A stretch of 64,000 bases of DNA from Desulfobacterales bacterium (GTDB lineage: Bacteria; Desulfobacterota; Desulfobacteria; Desulfobacterales; UBA5852), in the NCBI GenBank assembly GCA_963674755.2, contig CAXXVS010000002.1:2528001-2592000 (forward strand). Reading direction: 5' to 3'. Positions 10,092-20,469 of the stretch are shown here, piece after piece. The stretch's first letter is position 1. Each line of letters starts with the position of its first letter. The notes beneath the pieces are model-generated. The model did not search any database. It saw only the letters and a program-made list of their open reading frames with translations, and was not told where the DNA came from. Both the position numbers and the translations under genes were made by a program.

Positions 10092-10805
10092 ATGTCACCG
10101 GTACCGAAGAAATTATTGATCGAATTCCGCAAGATCGCCAAGGTTTATGGGAGCGGTGTCGCGTCCATGCGGGCCCTGGATGGTATCGATTTGCAGGTCG
10201 GCGACGGCGAGTTTGTCGCCATGATGGGACCCAGCGGCTCCGGAAAATCCACTTGCCTCAACATACTGGGCTGCCTCGACACCCCCACCGAAGGGACTTA
10301 CCGCTTCGACGGGGTGCCGGTGGAGCACCTGGCCCGGGACCAGCGGGCGCTGCTGCGCCGCCACTTTTTGGGCTTCGTTTTCCAGGGGTTCAATCTCCTG
10401 AACCGCACCTCGGCCCTTGAAAACGTCGAATTGCCCCTCATTTATCGCAAAATCCCCGCCAAGGTCCGCCGCGCGAAGGCCCTGGCAGCCTTACGGGCCG
10501 TGGGGTTGGAAAACCGGGCGCACCATGCACCGGGCGAGTTGTCCGGCGGCCAGCAGCAGCGGGTGGCCATCGCCAGGGCCATCGTGGGGCAACCACGGGT
10601 GTTGCTGGCCGACGAGCCCACCGGCAATCTGGATTCCGTGCGCAGCCACGAGATTGCCGAGATGCTGCGGGAATTCAACCGACGGCAGGGCATCACCATC
10701 GTCATGGTAACCCACGAAGCTGAAATGGCCGCCTATGCCGACCGCCAAATTCACTTCCAGGACGGTATGATCAGGTCGGATAGTCGCAATGGAGGAACCT
10801 CCTGA
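10092..10805 (+). CDS. ABC transporter ATP-binding protein (MacB/LolD type)
   Basis: GPSGSGKS, LSGGQQQRVAIAR, LLADEPTGNLD and VTHE motifs. Confidence 0.95.
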   Translation: MSPVPKKLLIEFRKIAKVYGSGVASMRALDGIDLQVGDGEFVAMMGPSGSGKSTCLNILGCLDTPTEGTYRFDGVPVEHLARDQRALLRRHFLGFVFQGFNLLNRTSALENVELPLIYRKIPAKVRRAKALAALRAVGLENRAHHAPGELSGGQQQRVAIARAIVGQPRVLLADEPTGNLDSVRSHEIAEMLREFNRRQGITIVMVTHEAEMAAYADRQIHFQDGMIRSDSRNGGTS

Positions 10806-12016
10806 TGCTCTGGGAAACATTTTTGCTCGCCCAACGAACGATCCGGCGCAACGTGCTGCGCTCCTTCCTGACGATTTTGGGCATTGTCATCGGCGTGGCC
10901 GCCGTGATCACCATGGTCACCCTGGGCAGCGGGGCCACGGCCAAGGTCACCAGCGACATCTCCTCCCTGGGCAGCAACATGCTCCATGTCCGTCCCGGCC
11001 AGGGGATGCGGGGACCGGGCGGTGCCCGCACCAGCGCGGACGCCTTCACGGTGGAAGACGCCACCGCCATCGCCAACAACATTGCCGGGCTCAAGGCCGT
11101 CGCGCCGACGGCCTCCGCGGCCAGTCAAGCCATTCACGGCAGTGCCAACTGGGCCACCTCCGTGACCGGCGCCACCAATGCCTATCTGGATGCCCAGGGA
11201 TGGCAGCTGGACCAGGGGCGTATCTTCGCCGTGAACGAATTAAAAGCCGGCAAAGCGGTCTGTCTGGTGGGGCAGACCGTCCGAAGGGAACTCTTCGGCA
11301 ATACCCCTGCCTTCGGCCAGTCCCTGCGTCTGGGGAAACTGGCCTTCAAGGTCATCGGCACTCTCAAGGCCAAAGGCCAGTCCACCTTCGGCACGGACCA
11401 GGATGACATCGTCATCGTTCCGCTGCGCACGCTGCAACGCCGCATCAAGGGCAATACCGACGTCCAGGCCATCCTGGTCGCGGTGGCCGACGGCGTCTCC
11501 ACCAGCGCCGTTCAGCGCGAGATCGAACAGTTGATGCGTGAGCGGCGCGGCATCAAGGCGGATCAGGATGATGATTTCCATGTGCGCGACATGAAGGAAA
11601 TCATCGACACCCTCACCGGAACCACCACCGTCCTGACAGCCCTGCTCAGCGCGGTAGCCGGCGTCAGCCTCCTGGTGGGCGGCATCGGTATCATGAATAT
11701 TATGCTGGTCTCCGTAACCGAACGCACCCGTGAAATCGGCACCCGGCTGGCCATCGGCGCTCTGGAGAGCGAAGTCCTGCTGCAGTTTCTGGTGGAATCG
11801 GTCGTTCTCTCCACATTCGGCGGTTTGGTCGGTATCGTTCTGGGTATCGGTGCCGCCGGGTCGGCCGCCCACCTGATTGGTGTGCCCTTTGTCTTCAAGC
11901 CCGGCATCGTCGTGGCAGCCTTTCTTTTTTCAGGCGCCGTTGGCGTTGTTTTCGGATACGTACCGGCCCGCAAAGCGGCGCAGTTAGATCCGATTGTCGC
12001 CTTGCGGTATGAATAA
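10805..12016 (+). CDS. ABC transporter permease (MacB/FtsX type)
   Basis: RSFLTILGIVIGV, GGIGIMNIMLVSVTERTREIG and PARKAAQLDPI motifs. Confidence 0.95.
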   Translation: MLWETFLLAQRTIRRNVLRSFLTILGIVIGVAAVITMVTLGSGATAKVTSDISSLGSNMLHVRPGQGMRGPGGARTSADAFTVEDATAIANNIAGLKAVAPTASAASQAIHGSANWATSVTGATNAYLDAQGWQLDQGRIFAVNELKAGKAVCLVGQTVRRELFGNTPAFGQSLRLGKLAFKVIGTLKAKGQSTFGTDQDDIVIVPLRTLQRRIKGNTDVQAILVAVADGVSTSAVQREIEQLMRERRGIKADQDDDFHVRDMKEIIDTLTGTTTVLTALLSAVAGVSLLVGGIGIMNIMLVSVTERTREIGTRLAIGALESEVLLQFLVESVVLSTFGGLVGIVLGIGAAGSAAHLIGVPFVFKPGIVVAAFLFSGAVGVVFGYVPARKAAQLDPIVALRYE

Positions 12017-12075
12017 AAGGTTATAGGAGCAACTCGCCATTCGCGTTGCCCATTGAGGAATACTTCCTTTTTTAT

Positions 12076-12132
12076 GGGCTTGACCGGCGGACCACCCTGT
12101 TCGGGTATAAGCCCGCCGGTCGAAGAAAGCCC
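12076..12132. terminator. Hairpin between convergent genes (possible bidirectional terminator)
   Basis: GACCGGCGG...CCGCCGGTC inverted repeat with outer GGGCTT/AAGCCC pairing. Confidence 0.45.
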
Positions 12133-12135
12133 TTA

Positions 12136-14016
12136 TCAGCCCGAAAACGTTTCATCCCCGTCAAAAGGGATGACCTGCTCCGGGGCGAAACCCGACCTGG
12201 TTTTAGGGCGGGATGATGGTGCTGAGGCCATCGCATCGGGTATGGCCCCCTTCTTTAGCGCTTCCCCGTGCCCCTCCACCATCGCGACCAGATCACTCAC
12301 CAGGTCCTGCATCTGTTCGGCCTGGGCCCGCATCTCTTCCGATGCGGAAGAGGACTCTTCGGCGTTGGCGGCGTTGCTTTGAACCACTTTGTCCATCTCG
12401 GTAACGGCCTTGTTGATCTGTTCCACACCTTGGGCCTGCTCGCTCGAAGCACTGGCGATTTCACCCAGGAGATCCGTCACCTTGGCGGTGGACGACGCAA
12501 TTTGGGCAAACGCCTGGTTGGTTTCGCCGACCAGCGATGACCCTTCCGCGATGCGCCCGGCCGTACCCTCGATCAGGGCCGCTGTATCCCGGGCCGCATC
12601 GGCCGCCCGCAAGGCGAGATTGCGGACCTCGTCAGCCACGACGGCAAACCCGGCCCCCGCCTCACCGGCACGGGCCGCTTCAACCGCCGCATTCAACGCC
12701 AGCAAGTTGGTCTGAAAAGAGATCTCGTCGATCGTTTTAACGATTTTCTGGGTTTCGTCACTGGATCGGGAAATTTCCGCCATGGCGTCGGTCAGGGCCT
12801 GCATGGAGCCATTCGACTTTTCGACAATGGCTTTCGCGCTTTGCATCAACTGGTTGGCCTGGCCGGCATTTTGGGCATTCTGATTCGTCATGGCCGCCAT
12901 TTCTTCCAGGGAGGCTGATGTCTCTTCGATGGAGGCCGCCTGTTCCGTGGCCCCGGAAGCCAGTGTCTGGCTCGCCGATGAAATCTGCACGGTCGCTGTC
13001 GCCACGCTTTTGGCACCGCTGTCCAACCTGCCGGTCAGCTGCTGAAGCGTCCTGGAGGTCTTCGAGATAACCATAAAGAGGACCGCCGCGATGATCAGCA
13101 CGGTGGCGCCGCCCAAGCCGGAGGTCATCAGCTTGGTTTGGGAGTTGATATCCCGGCTGAAATCCTTGATGGTGGCTGCAACGGTTTGTACGGCGGCATT
13201 GTTCTGGGCCGCCACCTGGCCGAAATGGTCCTTCATCTCGCCCACCACGGCTTTCGCCTCTCCATCGATCACGGCACTGACGCTGCGGGTATTGGCGTCC
13301 ACCATCCTCTCAAAACGACCGGATATGTCGGCGATGCGCTGCCGGGCAGCCGCTTTGCTCACGCATATGACGACTTTGCCAAAATGCTTACCTTCAATCT
13401 GAATCTGCCTCTCAACCCGCAGGACAGCCGGATCATCCTGCGAAGCGCTGAGAATCTTATCGAGCTTCTTGGTGCCGCTGCCCGTCTTCAAAAACCGCTG
13501 GATATCGGGGTCCTTGCGATCGATATAGCGGGTAAGGGGCTTGCCGTCCGGCTTCAAAAACAGGGCATAGACCACATCCGGGTTCTGGTTGGCGGCCTTG
13601 GCAAAGTTGATCAAGTCGATGAAATTGTTCGCCAGTATGGCGGCCGGGGCCACCTGGGCCAGAAGATCCGTCATCGAGTCGGCGTTGTTTTTAAGCATGT
13701 CTTCGAAGGATTGCCCCAGCACGGTCTTTTCCACCTCCAGCGCCGATCGCGATTCCTGGGATAGCGTTGCGGCGCTGGTTGTGGACATGTCGGATAGGCG
13801 GGTCTCGACCTCCCCGGAAAGCGCGCTGAAACTGTTTTGCGCACTCGCATCGGCCTTATTGACAGCCGTAACGATGGTGTCGCTGAGTTTGTCGAGCTGC
13901 TTTTGTTGCAGCACAATGAGAACCGTAGACAACAACAGCATACAAACGACAAGCACCGCCATGGTGGGAATGAGGAGACGCTGCCGAAGGCCGCCTGAAA
14001 TTAGCTTGTGTATCAT
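12136..14016 (-). CDS. Methyl-accepting chemotaxis protein
   Basis: Two TM segments, a large periplasmic domain and the [37 protein letters not shown] hairpin. Confidence 0.96.
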   Translation of the reverse strand: MIHKLISGGLRQRLLIPTMAVLVVCMLLLSTVLIVLQQKQLDKLSDTIVTAVNKADASAQNSFSALSGEVETRLSDMSTTSAATLSQESRSALEVEKTVLGQSFEDMLKNNADSMTDLLAQVAPAAILANNFIDLINFAKAANQNPDVVYALFLKPDGKPLTRYIDRKDPDIQRFLKTGSGTKKLDKILSASQDDPAVLRVERQIQIEGKHFGKVVICVSKAAARQRIADISGRFERMVDANTRSVSAVIDGEAKAVVGEMKDHFGQVAAQNNAAVQTVAATIKDFSRDINSQTKLMTSGLGGATVLIIAAVLFMVISKTSRTLQQLTGRLDSGAKSVATATVQISSASQTLASGATEQAASIEETSASLEEMAAMTNQNAQNAGQANQLMQSAKAIVEKSNGSMQALTDAMAEISRSSDETQKIVKTIDEISFQTNLLALNAAVEAARAGEAGAGFAVVADEVRNLALRAADAARDTAALIEGTAGRIAEGSSLVGETNQAFAQIASSTAKVTDLLGEIASASSEQAQGVEQINKAVTEMDKVVQSNAANAEESSSASEEMRAQAEQMQDLVSDLVAMVEGHGEALKKGAIPDAMASAPSSRPKTRSGFAPEQVIPFDGDETFSG

Positions 14017-14168
14017 AACTCTTTGCTCCGCATAAATGGAATCGAATGGATCATGTTACGTCGGTCCGCCCTGATAAAGAAATAACCTGTTCGATCGGCG
14101 CAGAAGGCCCGCATATGGCCGCCGTTCTTCTTCCTACGGCCATGTGCGGAAAGCGGTGGCCACCAGGA

Positions 14169-15065
14169 TCACTTGGCAGCATAGGCGCCGACCCGGAGAG
14201 TTTTTTGCAACGCCTCCACCGGCCCGTAATCCAGTGCATCGATCCAGCCGACCACTTTGGCACTCTTGGCCGCGGCATCGTCGGATGTCATCTGCTTAAG
14301 GGCTGCGACCACCTCTTGGGCGACCTGTGGGTCGGTATTTTTGGTTTTGGCCAGCGGCCACTCGGGATAAAGCGTTGTACTGCAAACAAAGGGGAAATCA
14401 CTGTAGGAGACCTTGTGAACGATCTTGAATTCCTCCATATCCACAAGGCCCTCGGCGGCCATGCGCTCCAGGGTATCGGTACGCACGGTGCCGCAGTCCA
14501 CCACCCCGTTCTGGATCGCGAGAACGACATTGTCGTGTTTGCCGGCAAACTCCACCGAGGCGCATTCCTGAAAGGGATCGATGCCGGCATCCACGAACTC
14601 CTTGTAGGCCATTTGCCAGCCTCCGAAGGAGCTTTTCTTGACCGCCATAAAACGCTTGCCCTTGACGTCGGCCAGGGTGTTGATGGCGTCATTGTCCGCC
14701 AGCGTCAAAACAACACCGCCAAACGATTTCAAGGGCTGGCCCTGTCGCGAATTGATCATCGTGGCGATGGCCGATGCGCCGAATCGGACCTTGGCGGTGA
14801 CAAACATGGATGAATTCACCAGAAAGAAATCCACATCGCCGTTGGCGAGGGCCGAGTTTACCGCGTCGAAATCCAGGGGAACGATTTCAAAGGTTTTCCC
14901 GGCAACCTTTTGATTGAGATAATCAGCGGTCGCTTTCCACTGTGCCATGGCCTTGACCGGTCCCCGTTTGGCCAAAACGCCGATCTTGTATTGGTCTCCC
15001 GCGAATCCGCCGGTAGCCATCGTCAACACGAATGCGATTGCAATCACAATAATTCTTTTCATCAT
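14169..15065 (-). CDS. PhnD/phosphonate-binding-fold periplasmic protein
   Basis: Signal peptide; SFGGWQMA, GTVRTDTLE and ST.LYPEWP motifs. No ABC permease or ATPase is adjacent. Confidence 0.85.
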   Translation of the reverse strand: MMKRIIVIAIAFVLTMATGGFAGDQYKIGVLAKRGPVKAMAQWKATADYLNQKVAGKTFEIVPLDFDAVNSALANGDVDFFLVNSSMFVTAKVRFGASAIATMINSRQGQPLKSFGGVVLTLADNDAINTLADVKGKRFMAVKKSSFGGWQMAYKEFVDAGIDPFQECASVEFAGKHDNVVLAIQNGVVDCGTVRTDTLERMAAEGLVDMEEFKIVHKVSYSDFPFVCSTTLYPEWPLAKTKNTDPQVAQEVVAALKQMTSDDAAAKSAKVVGWIDALDYGPVEALQKTLRVGAYAAK

Positions 15066-15267
15066 TAATCTCCTTCAATTGGAATTTGGGAAACATCGGA
15101 TAGATGCACCCGGGTCATGACACTACAGACGGTTTCGGAAAACGATCGCGATCGGAGCCGGCTTATCTCGTGTAGGATGGCGGACATCAGCGCGCCAACA
15201 AACGAGTCATGGGGGATAACGCCGATAGCGAACGTTTGATAAATCCCACCGCTAAGATGCTGAGGGT

Positions 15268-15294
15268 TTATCGGTGTCGGGAAAATTTTCTTTA
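15268..15294 (-). promoter_or_regulatory. Sigma28 (FliA) promoter
   Basis: Minus strand reads TAAA-N15-ACCGATAA against the consensus TAAA-N15-GCCGATAA, upstream of the binding protein-MCP pair. Confidence 0.75.
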
Positions 15295-15397
15295 GGGATT
15301 TTGCTTCACGGTCATCTGGGGAGGGTTGAGCGGCGGAACGGTATTTACTTGCCGGGGCGACACGGCGTTTTCAATTTGGCGTCAAATTCCAGCACAT

Positions 15398-15609
15398 TAG
15401 AAGTCATCTCAAAATCAGGATTTTGGTTTTAGATCAAGGCGGACACGCGTTTTATCCCGCAGAGCGGGACTTCCCATCTGATTGATTCTACAGCGGTGGG
15501 TGCCCGCAGGAATTCATTGGTATTTCGAGGACATAAGAGGAGCGTCCAACGCCGATACTTGTCAGCCTTTGGCTGATCGGGCTAAAAGACTTTTTAGAGA
15601 TCGCTTCTA
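15398..15609. mobile_element. MITE-like element, family B copy 1
   Basis: Terminal inverted repeats TAGAAGTCATCTCAAAA / TAGAAGCGATCTCTAAA; interior shares blocks with the 35272 copy; no credible ORF. Confidence 0.7.
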
Positions 15610-15671
15610 TATAAAACGGAACCTCTGGACAAAGGACCGCAAAAGGTCGTGCCCCGCATCAGACCGCCTCT

Positions 15672-16148
15672 TTAGGAGGCCAGGATCTTTGCAATCATTT
15701 CGTCACGCTCGCGATCGGAGATGTAAGGCATCGTTTTTATGCGAAGGATCTCATCTTCACGCCCCCTTTTTCTGGCAGCGGCCGCTTCGGCGCGGATGAG
15801 GAGGTAGTCCAAATCACACGGTTTGATCAGAAAATCGGCCGCCCCCAATTTCATGGCCGCGATGGCGGAAGGCACCGTTGCATGACCGGTCAGCATGATA
15901 ACCTCCACCAGGGGGTAGCGCTTCTTAATCGCTTGCACCACTTCAAAACCGTCGCTGCCGGGCATCCGGACGTCGAGAACCACGACGTCAATCGTGTCTT
16001 TTTTTTCCAACAGCATCAGCGCTTCAGTGCCGGAAAAGGCGCAGTCCGCCCGGAATCCCCTTTGGTCCAATCGTGTCGCCAGCGTTTCGATAAACAGCCG
16101 TTCATCATCGACAAGCAGAAAATGGATGGGCATCATCGCGGTCTCCAC
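15672..16148 (-). CDS. Single-domain response regulator
   Basis: LLVDDE, VLDVRMPG, MLTGHA and FLIKP receiver motifs. Confidence 0.93.
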   Translation of the reverse strand: METAMMPIHFLLVDDERLFIETLATRLDQRGFRADCAFSGTEALMLLEKKDTIDVVVLDVRMPGSDGFEVVQAIKKRYPLVEVIMLTGHATVPSAIAAMKLGAADFLIKPCDLDYLLIRAEAAAARKRGREDEILRIKTMPYISDRERDEMIAKILAS

Positions 16149-16177
16149 TGGCCTTGATATCCATGTCGGCGATCCGG

Positions 16178-17146
16178 TTATGACGTGACGAAGGTAAGTT
16201 CCGGCAACGACCGGGCGGCGGCCAAACCCATTTCATAGCCCTCCCTGAGTTTGGCGGAATCCGTGGTCATACGGCCGACCGCAAAATCGCGGGGTGGCGC
16301 GACAACCCGGATACGGCACCCCGCGGGCGGATTTTCAACAAAGTCGATGGATTGGTTGTATCGTTCGGCACGGCTGATCATGGCTTCCGCCAGCCGAGGG
16401 GTTTTCGCCAGCAGGCGTCGTAAAAACCAGGGCGAGCGCGGTGGCTGTTTCCGGTAGCCATTGGGGCGGGAGAGGATCACGGTAATATCCCGCGCGCCCA
16501 TGCGGTGCGCCTTTACAACCGGTATCGAGTCGGCCACGCCGCCGTCCGTCATGGGCTCTCCGTCGATCATCGTGAAATTGCGGTATACGATGGGGACGGA
16601 GCAGGACGCTTTGAGCAGTTGTTCCAGGTTTTCCGGCGTGGCCCTGATGTAGGCCGCCTGGCCATCGGCGACCTTGGTGGTCACGACGTAGAGCGGAATC
16701 GGTTGTGCGGCAAACGCTTCGAGGTCGAGCCGGATTTCCCGGATCGTAATATCCCAGAGCCAATCGAGATCGAGCCAGTGTCCCCCGCGAAGGAAACGCT
16801 TGAAAGAGATGAATTGCGGCCGGCAGGAGTAGTCCGTGATGACTTTATGGTTGCGGCCCCGTTGATGAGACAGCCAGGCCGCCAGGTTGGTGGACCCGGC
16901 GGAAACCCCAAGGCAAACATCGAAGGGCCGGTAGCCCTGGTCGCTGAAACCGTCCAGAACGCCCGTTGCAAAAATGCCGCGCATCCCGCCGCCCTCGACG
17001 ACCAGGGCACGCTTTGTCGCATGATCGGTTGGTGTCTGATCCATTTTTTCTATCTTTTTATGCGTTAACCCGCCCACTTCGTCATGAATCATAGATAGGG
17101 CTTTTTTATGGCTGCGGGAAAGTCTCTTCCAGGTTCCCAATTTCAT
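16178..17146 (-). CDS. Patatin-like phospholipase family protein
   Basis: GGGMRG, GVSAG and DGG motifs. The start may be ATG 17044. Confidence 0.92.
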   Translation of the reverse strand: MKLGTWKRLSRSHKKALSMIHDEVGGLTHKKIEKMDQTPTDHATKRALVVEGGGMRGIFATGVLDGFSDQGYRPFDVCLGVSAGSTNLAAWLSHQRGRNHKVITDYSCRPQFISFKRFLRGGHWLDLDWLWDITIREIRLDLEAFAAQPIPLYVVTTKVADGQAAYIRATPENLEQLLKASCSVPIVYRNFTMIDGEPMTDGGVADSIPVVKAHRMGARDITVILSRPNGYRKQPPRSPWFLRRLLAKTPRLAEAMISRAERYNQSIDFVENPPAGCRIRVVAPPRDFAVGRMTTDSAKLREGYEMGLAAARSLPELTFVTS

Positions 17147-18114
17147 GATCGAAACACGATCAGGGCAGCATACTTTCTCATGATATTGTTGTTCAAATCC
17201 TGGAAAGCCTTGTAGATCCAGGGGTGCAAAGTATGCGTATCGGCTATGATGAAAGTTGTGGGCGCCAGGCCGATTTCATCCAGAAAAAATACAAACGCCT
17301 CGAGCATGCCATTCTGGTGTTCTCCTACGACACAGACATTCAGCATGCTCTCTTTTAGAAAGGCGTCCGCCTGGCTGCGAAGGTTGTAAAAAAGCCAATT
17401 CTCCTCGTTCGCGCAGTGCAGCGCGCCAAATAAGATAACATGGCGTTCCCCGGGAATAAAGGCCCTCCAGAAGTTGGCGGCAATGGCGCGATCGCGCGCA
17501 CCCGATTGCCCGGATTGTCTCTTTTCATGTTGCGCGGTTTCTTCGATTCCGCAAATTCTAATAGACGGATTCCTGGCTTTGGCGGCCCTCATAATCCCCA
17601 GGCCATCGACCCCCAGCAAAGGGAAATAGGGCCGTCCGGCATTCAGGCGCCTGTGGATACGGTTCAATGTCTCAGCGGTCGCCTCTAACATGAGGGTGTC
17701 GACGCTGTATCCAGCGAAAAAGGCTTGGGCCAGAAAAGCGCGGGTTGCCTCTTCATGAAGCTCGCCGAGACAGATCACCTGGTATGGAGAATGGTCTACC
17801 TCGTTCAGCCACGGTTCCAAGGAACGCATGCGGGTCGTCAGATTTTCCTCGATCGCTTCTCTTTTGGTTGGCGCTAGCTGAAAAAAGCGTTTCACCGTTG
17901 CTTCGGCCCGGGCATGATAAAAAGCATGGCTAACCCCTGCGGTATTCTCAACCTTTGCAGGCGGTTGCGGAAACTCGGTTTTGATCCAGTTGTACGCGGT
18001 CATTAAAAGCAGGATAATGACATATCCGCTTAGGATGGCCAAAATCACACGGGCCAATGGGGAGTGCATCGCGGGTGCTCCGCTGGTTGGGGAAATCTCT
18101 TCCACATCCGGCAC
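17143..18114 (-). CDS. Membrane-anchored hypothetical protein, possibly ChaN/EreA-like fold
   Basis: N-terminal TM helix; VICLGELHE and VILFGALH motifs; overlaps both neighbours. Alternative start at ATG 18069. Confidence 0.65.
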   Translation of the reverse strand: MPDVEEISPTSGAPAMHSPLARVILAILSGYVIILLLMTAYNWIKTEFPQPPAKVENTAGVSHAFYHARAEATVKRFFQLAPTKREAIEENLTTRMRSLEPWLNEVDHSPYQVICLGELHEEATRAFLAQAFFAGYSVDTLMLEATAETLNRIHRRLNAGRPYFPLLGVDGLGIMRAAKARNPSIRICGIEETAQHEKRQSGQSGARDRAIAANFWRAFIPGERHVILFGALHCANEENWLFYNLRSQADAFLKESMLNVCVVGEHQNGMLEAFVFFLDEIGLAPTTFIIADTHTLHPWIYKAFQDLNNNIMRKYAALIVFRS

Positions 18115-19238
18115 TAGCGTGTTAAATCGGCAAGGGCCCTTTCCACTTCCTGGTTGACCAGCTCGCCGTCTCCGCCCCTCATCGCGCGGAGTGCGGATTC
18201 GGCCTCCCGGCCTCCGATCCTGCCGAGTGCCCAGGCCGCCATCCCTCTTACGCGTTCGTCGCTGTTTTCTTTCATGGCCCGGATCAGATCCGGGACATAT
18301 CGGCGATCACGGCTGTTGCCCATCACCCGGGAGGTGTTCATCTTCCAGCGCCAGATATCCTCATATGACATATAGAACATATGAGGCCAGATCTTGGTTT
18401 CGAAGTAGACTTTGTCCATGTGGAGCAGCGAAGGCAAGTCGAAATACGGCGCCTTGGCCACCACCTTTTCGTTTAAGGGCCTTTCCTGTGCCAGCCAGGG
18501 CTGATTGCGCGGGCAGACATTCTGGCAGCGGTCGCAGCCGTAGACATACATGCCCATGGGTTCTCGGAGCTCGAGGGGGGTCAGGCCATCTCCAAAATAG
18601 GAGAGAAAGGAGACGCATTTGCGGGGATCGATCCGGCCGTTGCCTTTCAAGGCCCGGGTGGGACAGGCTGCAATACAGGCGTTGCGGCACCAGTCCGGGC
18701 AGCCGTTCTCGATAGTCGGTATCCCGGGTTCGAAAGCCTTGTCGATAACCACCGCGATGGGAAGCGTCCATGAACCCTCCCGGGCCACGGTGTTGGAGTA
18801 GAAGAGGCAGTTTTTCCCGAAAGTTCCCATGCCCGCACGGGCCGCGGCCACACGGTGCGGCAGATTGAAGGGTACCTTGGAATTGATGCCGTGATCGCGC
18901 AGGAATCCCCTGAACGCCTTGATGCGCTGATAGAGGCCGTCGTGGGTCACTCGGTCGTCATCCAGGTAGCAGCGACCGAAGTGCCCCTCCATCGATCGGG
19001 GATAGGCTTGGCGGAAATAGACCTCCATGAGGACAATGATGGTTTGGGCCTCCGGCATGATGGCCCTGGGGTCTGTGCCATTGAGGAGTTCCAGTCCGAC
19101 GGCTTCGGCCCAGGCGTATTCCGCGCGCATTTCAAGCAGCCGTTCCCTGTGCGCCGTAAAAGGTTCGGCCGTCGTAAAGCCGACATCTTCGAACCCCAAT
19201 TCCCGGCCCCGCGCGACAACGGTTTCTCTGGTGAGCAT
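18114..19238 (-). CDS. QueG-like Fe-S/cobalamin-type protein with C-terminal HEAT repeat
   Basis: AARAGMGTFGKN, CxxxCxxxCxxxCP, YGCDRCQNVCP and VRGMAAWALGRIG motifs. Confidence 0.85.
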   Translation of the reverse strand: MLTRETVVARGRELGFEDVGFTTAEPFTAHRERLLEMRAEYAWAEAVGLELLNGTDPRAIMPEAQTIIVLMEVYFRQAYPRSMEGHFGRCYLDDDRVTHDGLYQRIKAFRGFLRDHGINSKVPFNLPHRVAAARAGMGTFGKNCLFYSNTVAREGSWTLPIAVVIDKAFEPGIPTIENGCPDWCRNACIAACPTRALKGNGRIDPRKCVSFLSYFGDGLTPLELREPMGMYVYGCDRCQNVCPRNQPWLAQERPLNEKVVAKAPYFDLPSLLHMDKVYFETKIWPHMFYMSYEDIWRWKMNTSRVMGNSRDRRYVPDLIRAMKENSDERVRGMAAWALGRIGGREAESALRAMRGGDGELVNQEVERALADLTR

Positions 19239-19506
19239 GGCCTCTCCTTGCTACCCGTGCAGATACGGATCCATGTGTTGCCGGTGATGGCAGACGATAT
19301 GTACAACTTTGGAGAAAAATTTGCAAAGATGGACCTGCGGCACCAGGCGGCTGGCGGTGTTTCATGCTTTGTGATAAATTTGTTCACTGGCCCGGAACGA
19401 CGGGATCTGACATTGTTAGGAAATTCGGCGCGGAACAATGCCAAGGGGCGGATGTCCACCTGTTGTTGCTTCGCGCGTCCGCAGGTTGGTTAAAAGGCAA
19501 ACCAGC

Positions 19507-19920
19507 GTGGGATCCATAGACGCCATTACCGACAAGGCCCAAAATCTCACCATTGTCACGGGGACCGGCCCGTTGACGGCGGATGAGCTTATCGACTGGG
19601 TTCAGCAGTATTATGCCGGCGAAGTTACCCGCTTTATCCTGTGGGATTTGACCAAAGCGACCCTCTCGGCCATTTCGTTTGAAGAGGTGGAGGCACATGC
19701 CAAATCCTTCAACCGGTTGACAGGGCCGCGCCAGGGCGGCCGGTCGGCGTTTGTTTTCGACTCAGACCTGGAGTACGGATTGGGCCGGATGTATCAAGCC
19801 CTGTCTGAAATTGAAAACGTCCCCATTGAATTTCAAACCTTCCGGGATATCGACGAAGCCCGCCAATGGCTGGGATTGGATGATGCCGGGACGGCCCTTG
19901 CCGGGGCCGATGAGGCTTAA
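19507..19920 (+). CDS. Hypothetical protein (SpoIIAA/STAS-SEC14-like)
   Basis: ILWDL, RSAFV, YGLGRMY and FRDIDEARQWL pattern; GTG start inferred. Confidence 0.7.
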   Translation: MGSIDAITDKAQNLTIVTGTGPLTADELIDWVQQYYAGEVTRFILWDLTKATLSAISFEEVEAHAKSFNRLTGPRQGGRSAFVFDSDLEYGLGRMYQALSEIENVPIEFQTFRDIDEARQWLGLDDAGTALAGADEA

Positions 19921-20006
19921 GGATCCGGCTGATCGCAAGGCCGCCATCCCATCGGCCGCGGAAGCATCCCTGCCTGAGTGTCTGCATGCCCCCGTCGCAA
20001 GGCGCC

Positions 20007-20438
20007 TCATTGGGGAGCGGCCGGGCGCCAGACCTCGTCATCCGGGGTTACATGCAGGGTGAGTCCTGTCCTGCTGCGGATGCGCACCGGGCTCCCCTGC
20101 TCAATGGGCGGCCCGTCCCCGGCGCGCACCGCTTTCCAGCGCTCGCCGCGCACCTGGACGTAGCCGGAAGGATTCAACCTGCTTTTGGCGATGCCCAACT
20201 CACCGATCATGCTGCCGGCGGCACCCGGCGCGTCCTGATCGTAAGCCCGCCAGACGAAGGGAAACAGCACCGCATCTTTTATGATCCAGCCGCAAACAAG
20301 ACCCCAGAAGAGCCCATCGGGCATCATCCACCACTGCCGGACGACCAGGAGCGCAAGCACCACTACTGCCAGCTCGATCAGTTGCAGTGCGACATAACGC
20401 ACGTAGACCGATGGTTTTATGATGCCTTTGGGATGCAT
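20007..20438 (-). CDS. NfeD-like membrane protein
   Basis: Two TM helices, then LNPSGYVQVRGERWKA and GLTLHV (OB-fold). Confidence 0.8.
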   Translation of the reverse strand: MHPKGIIKPSVYVRYVALQLIELAVVVLALLVVRQWWMMPDGLFWGLVCGWIIKDAVLFPFVWRAYDQDAPGAAGSMIGELGIAKSRLNPSGYVQVRGERWKAVRAGDGPPIEQGSPVRIRSRTGLTLHVTPDDEVWRPAAPQ

Positions 20439-20469
20439 CGTGCGATCCGACGGGCAGAGCCCCCGTGCC

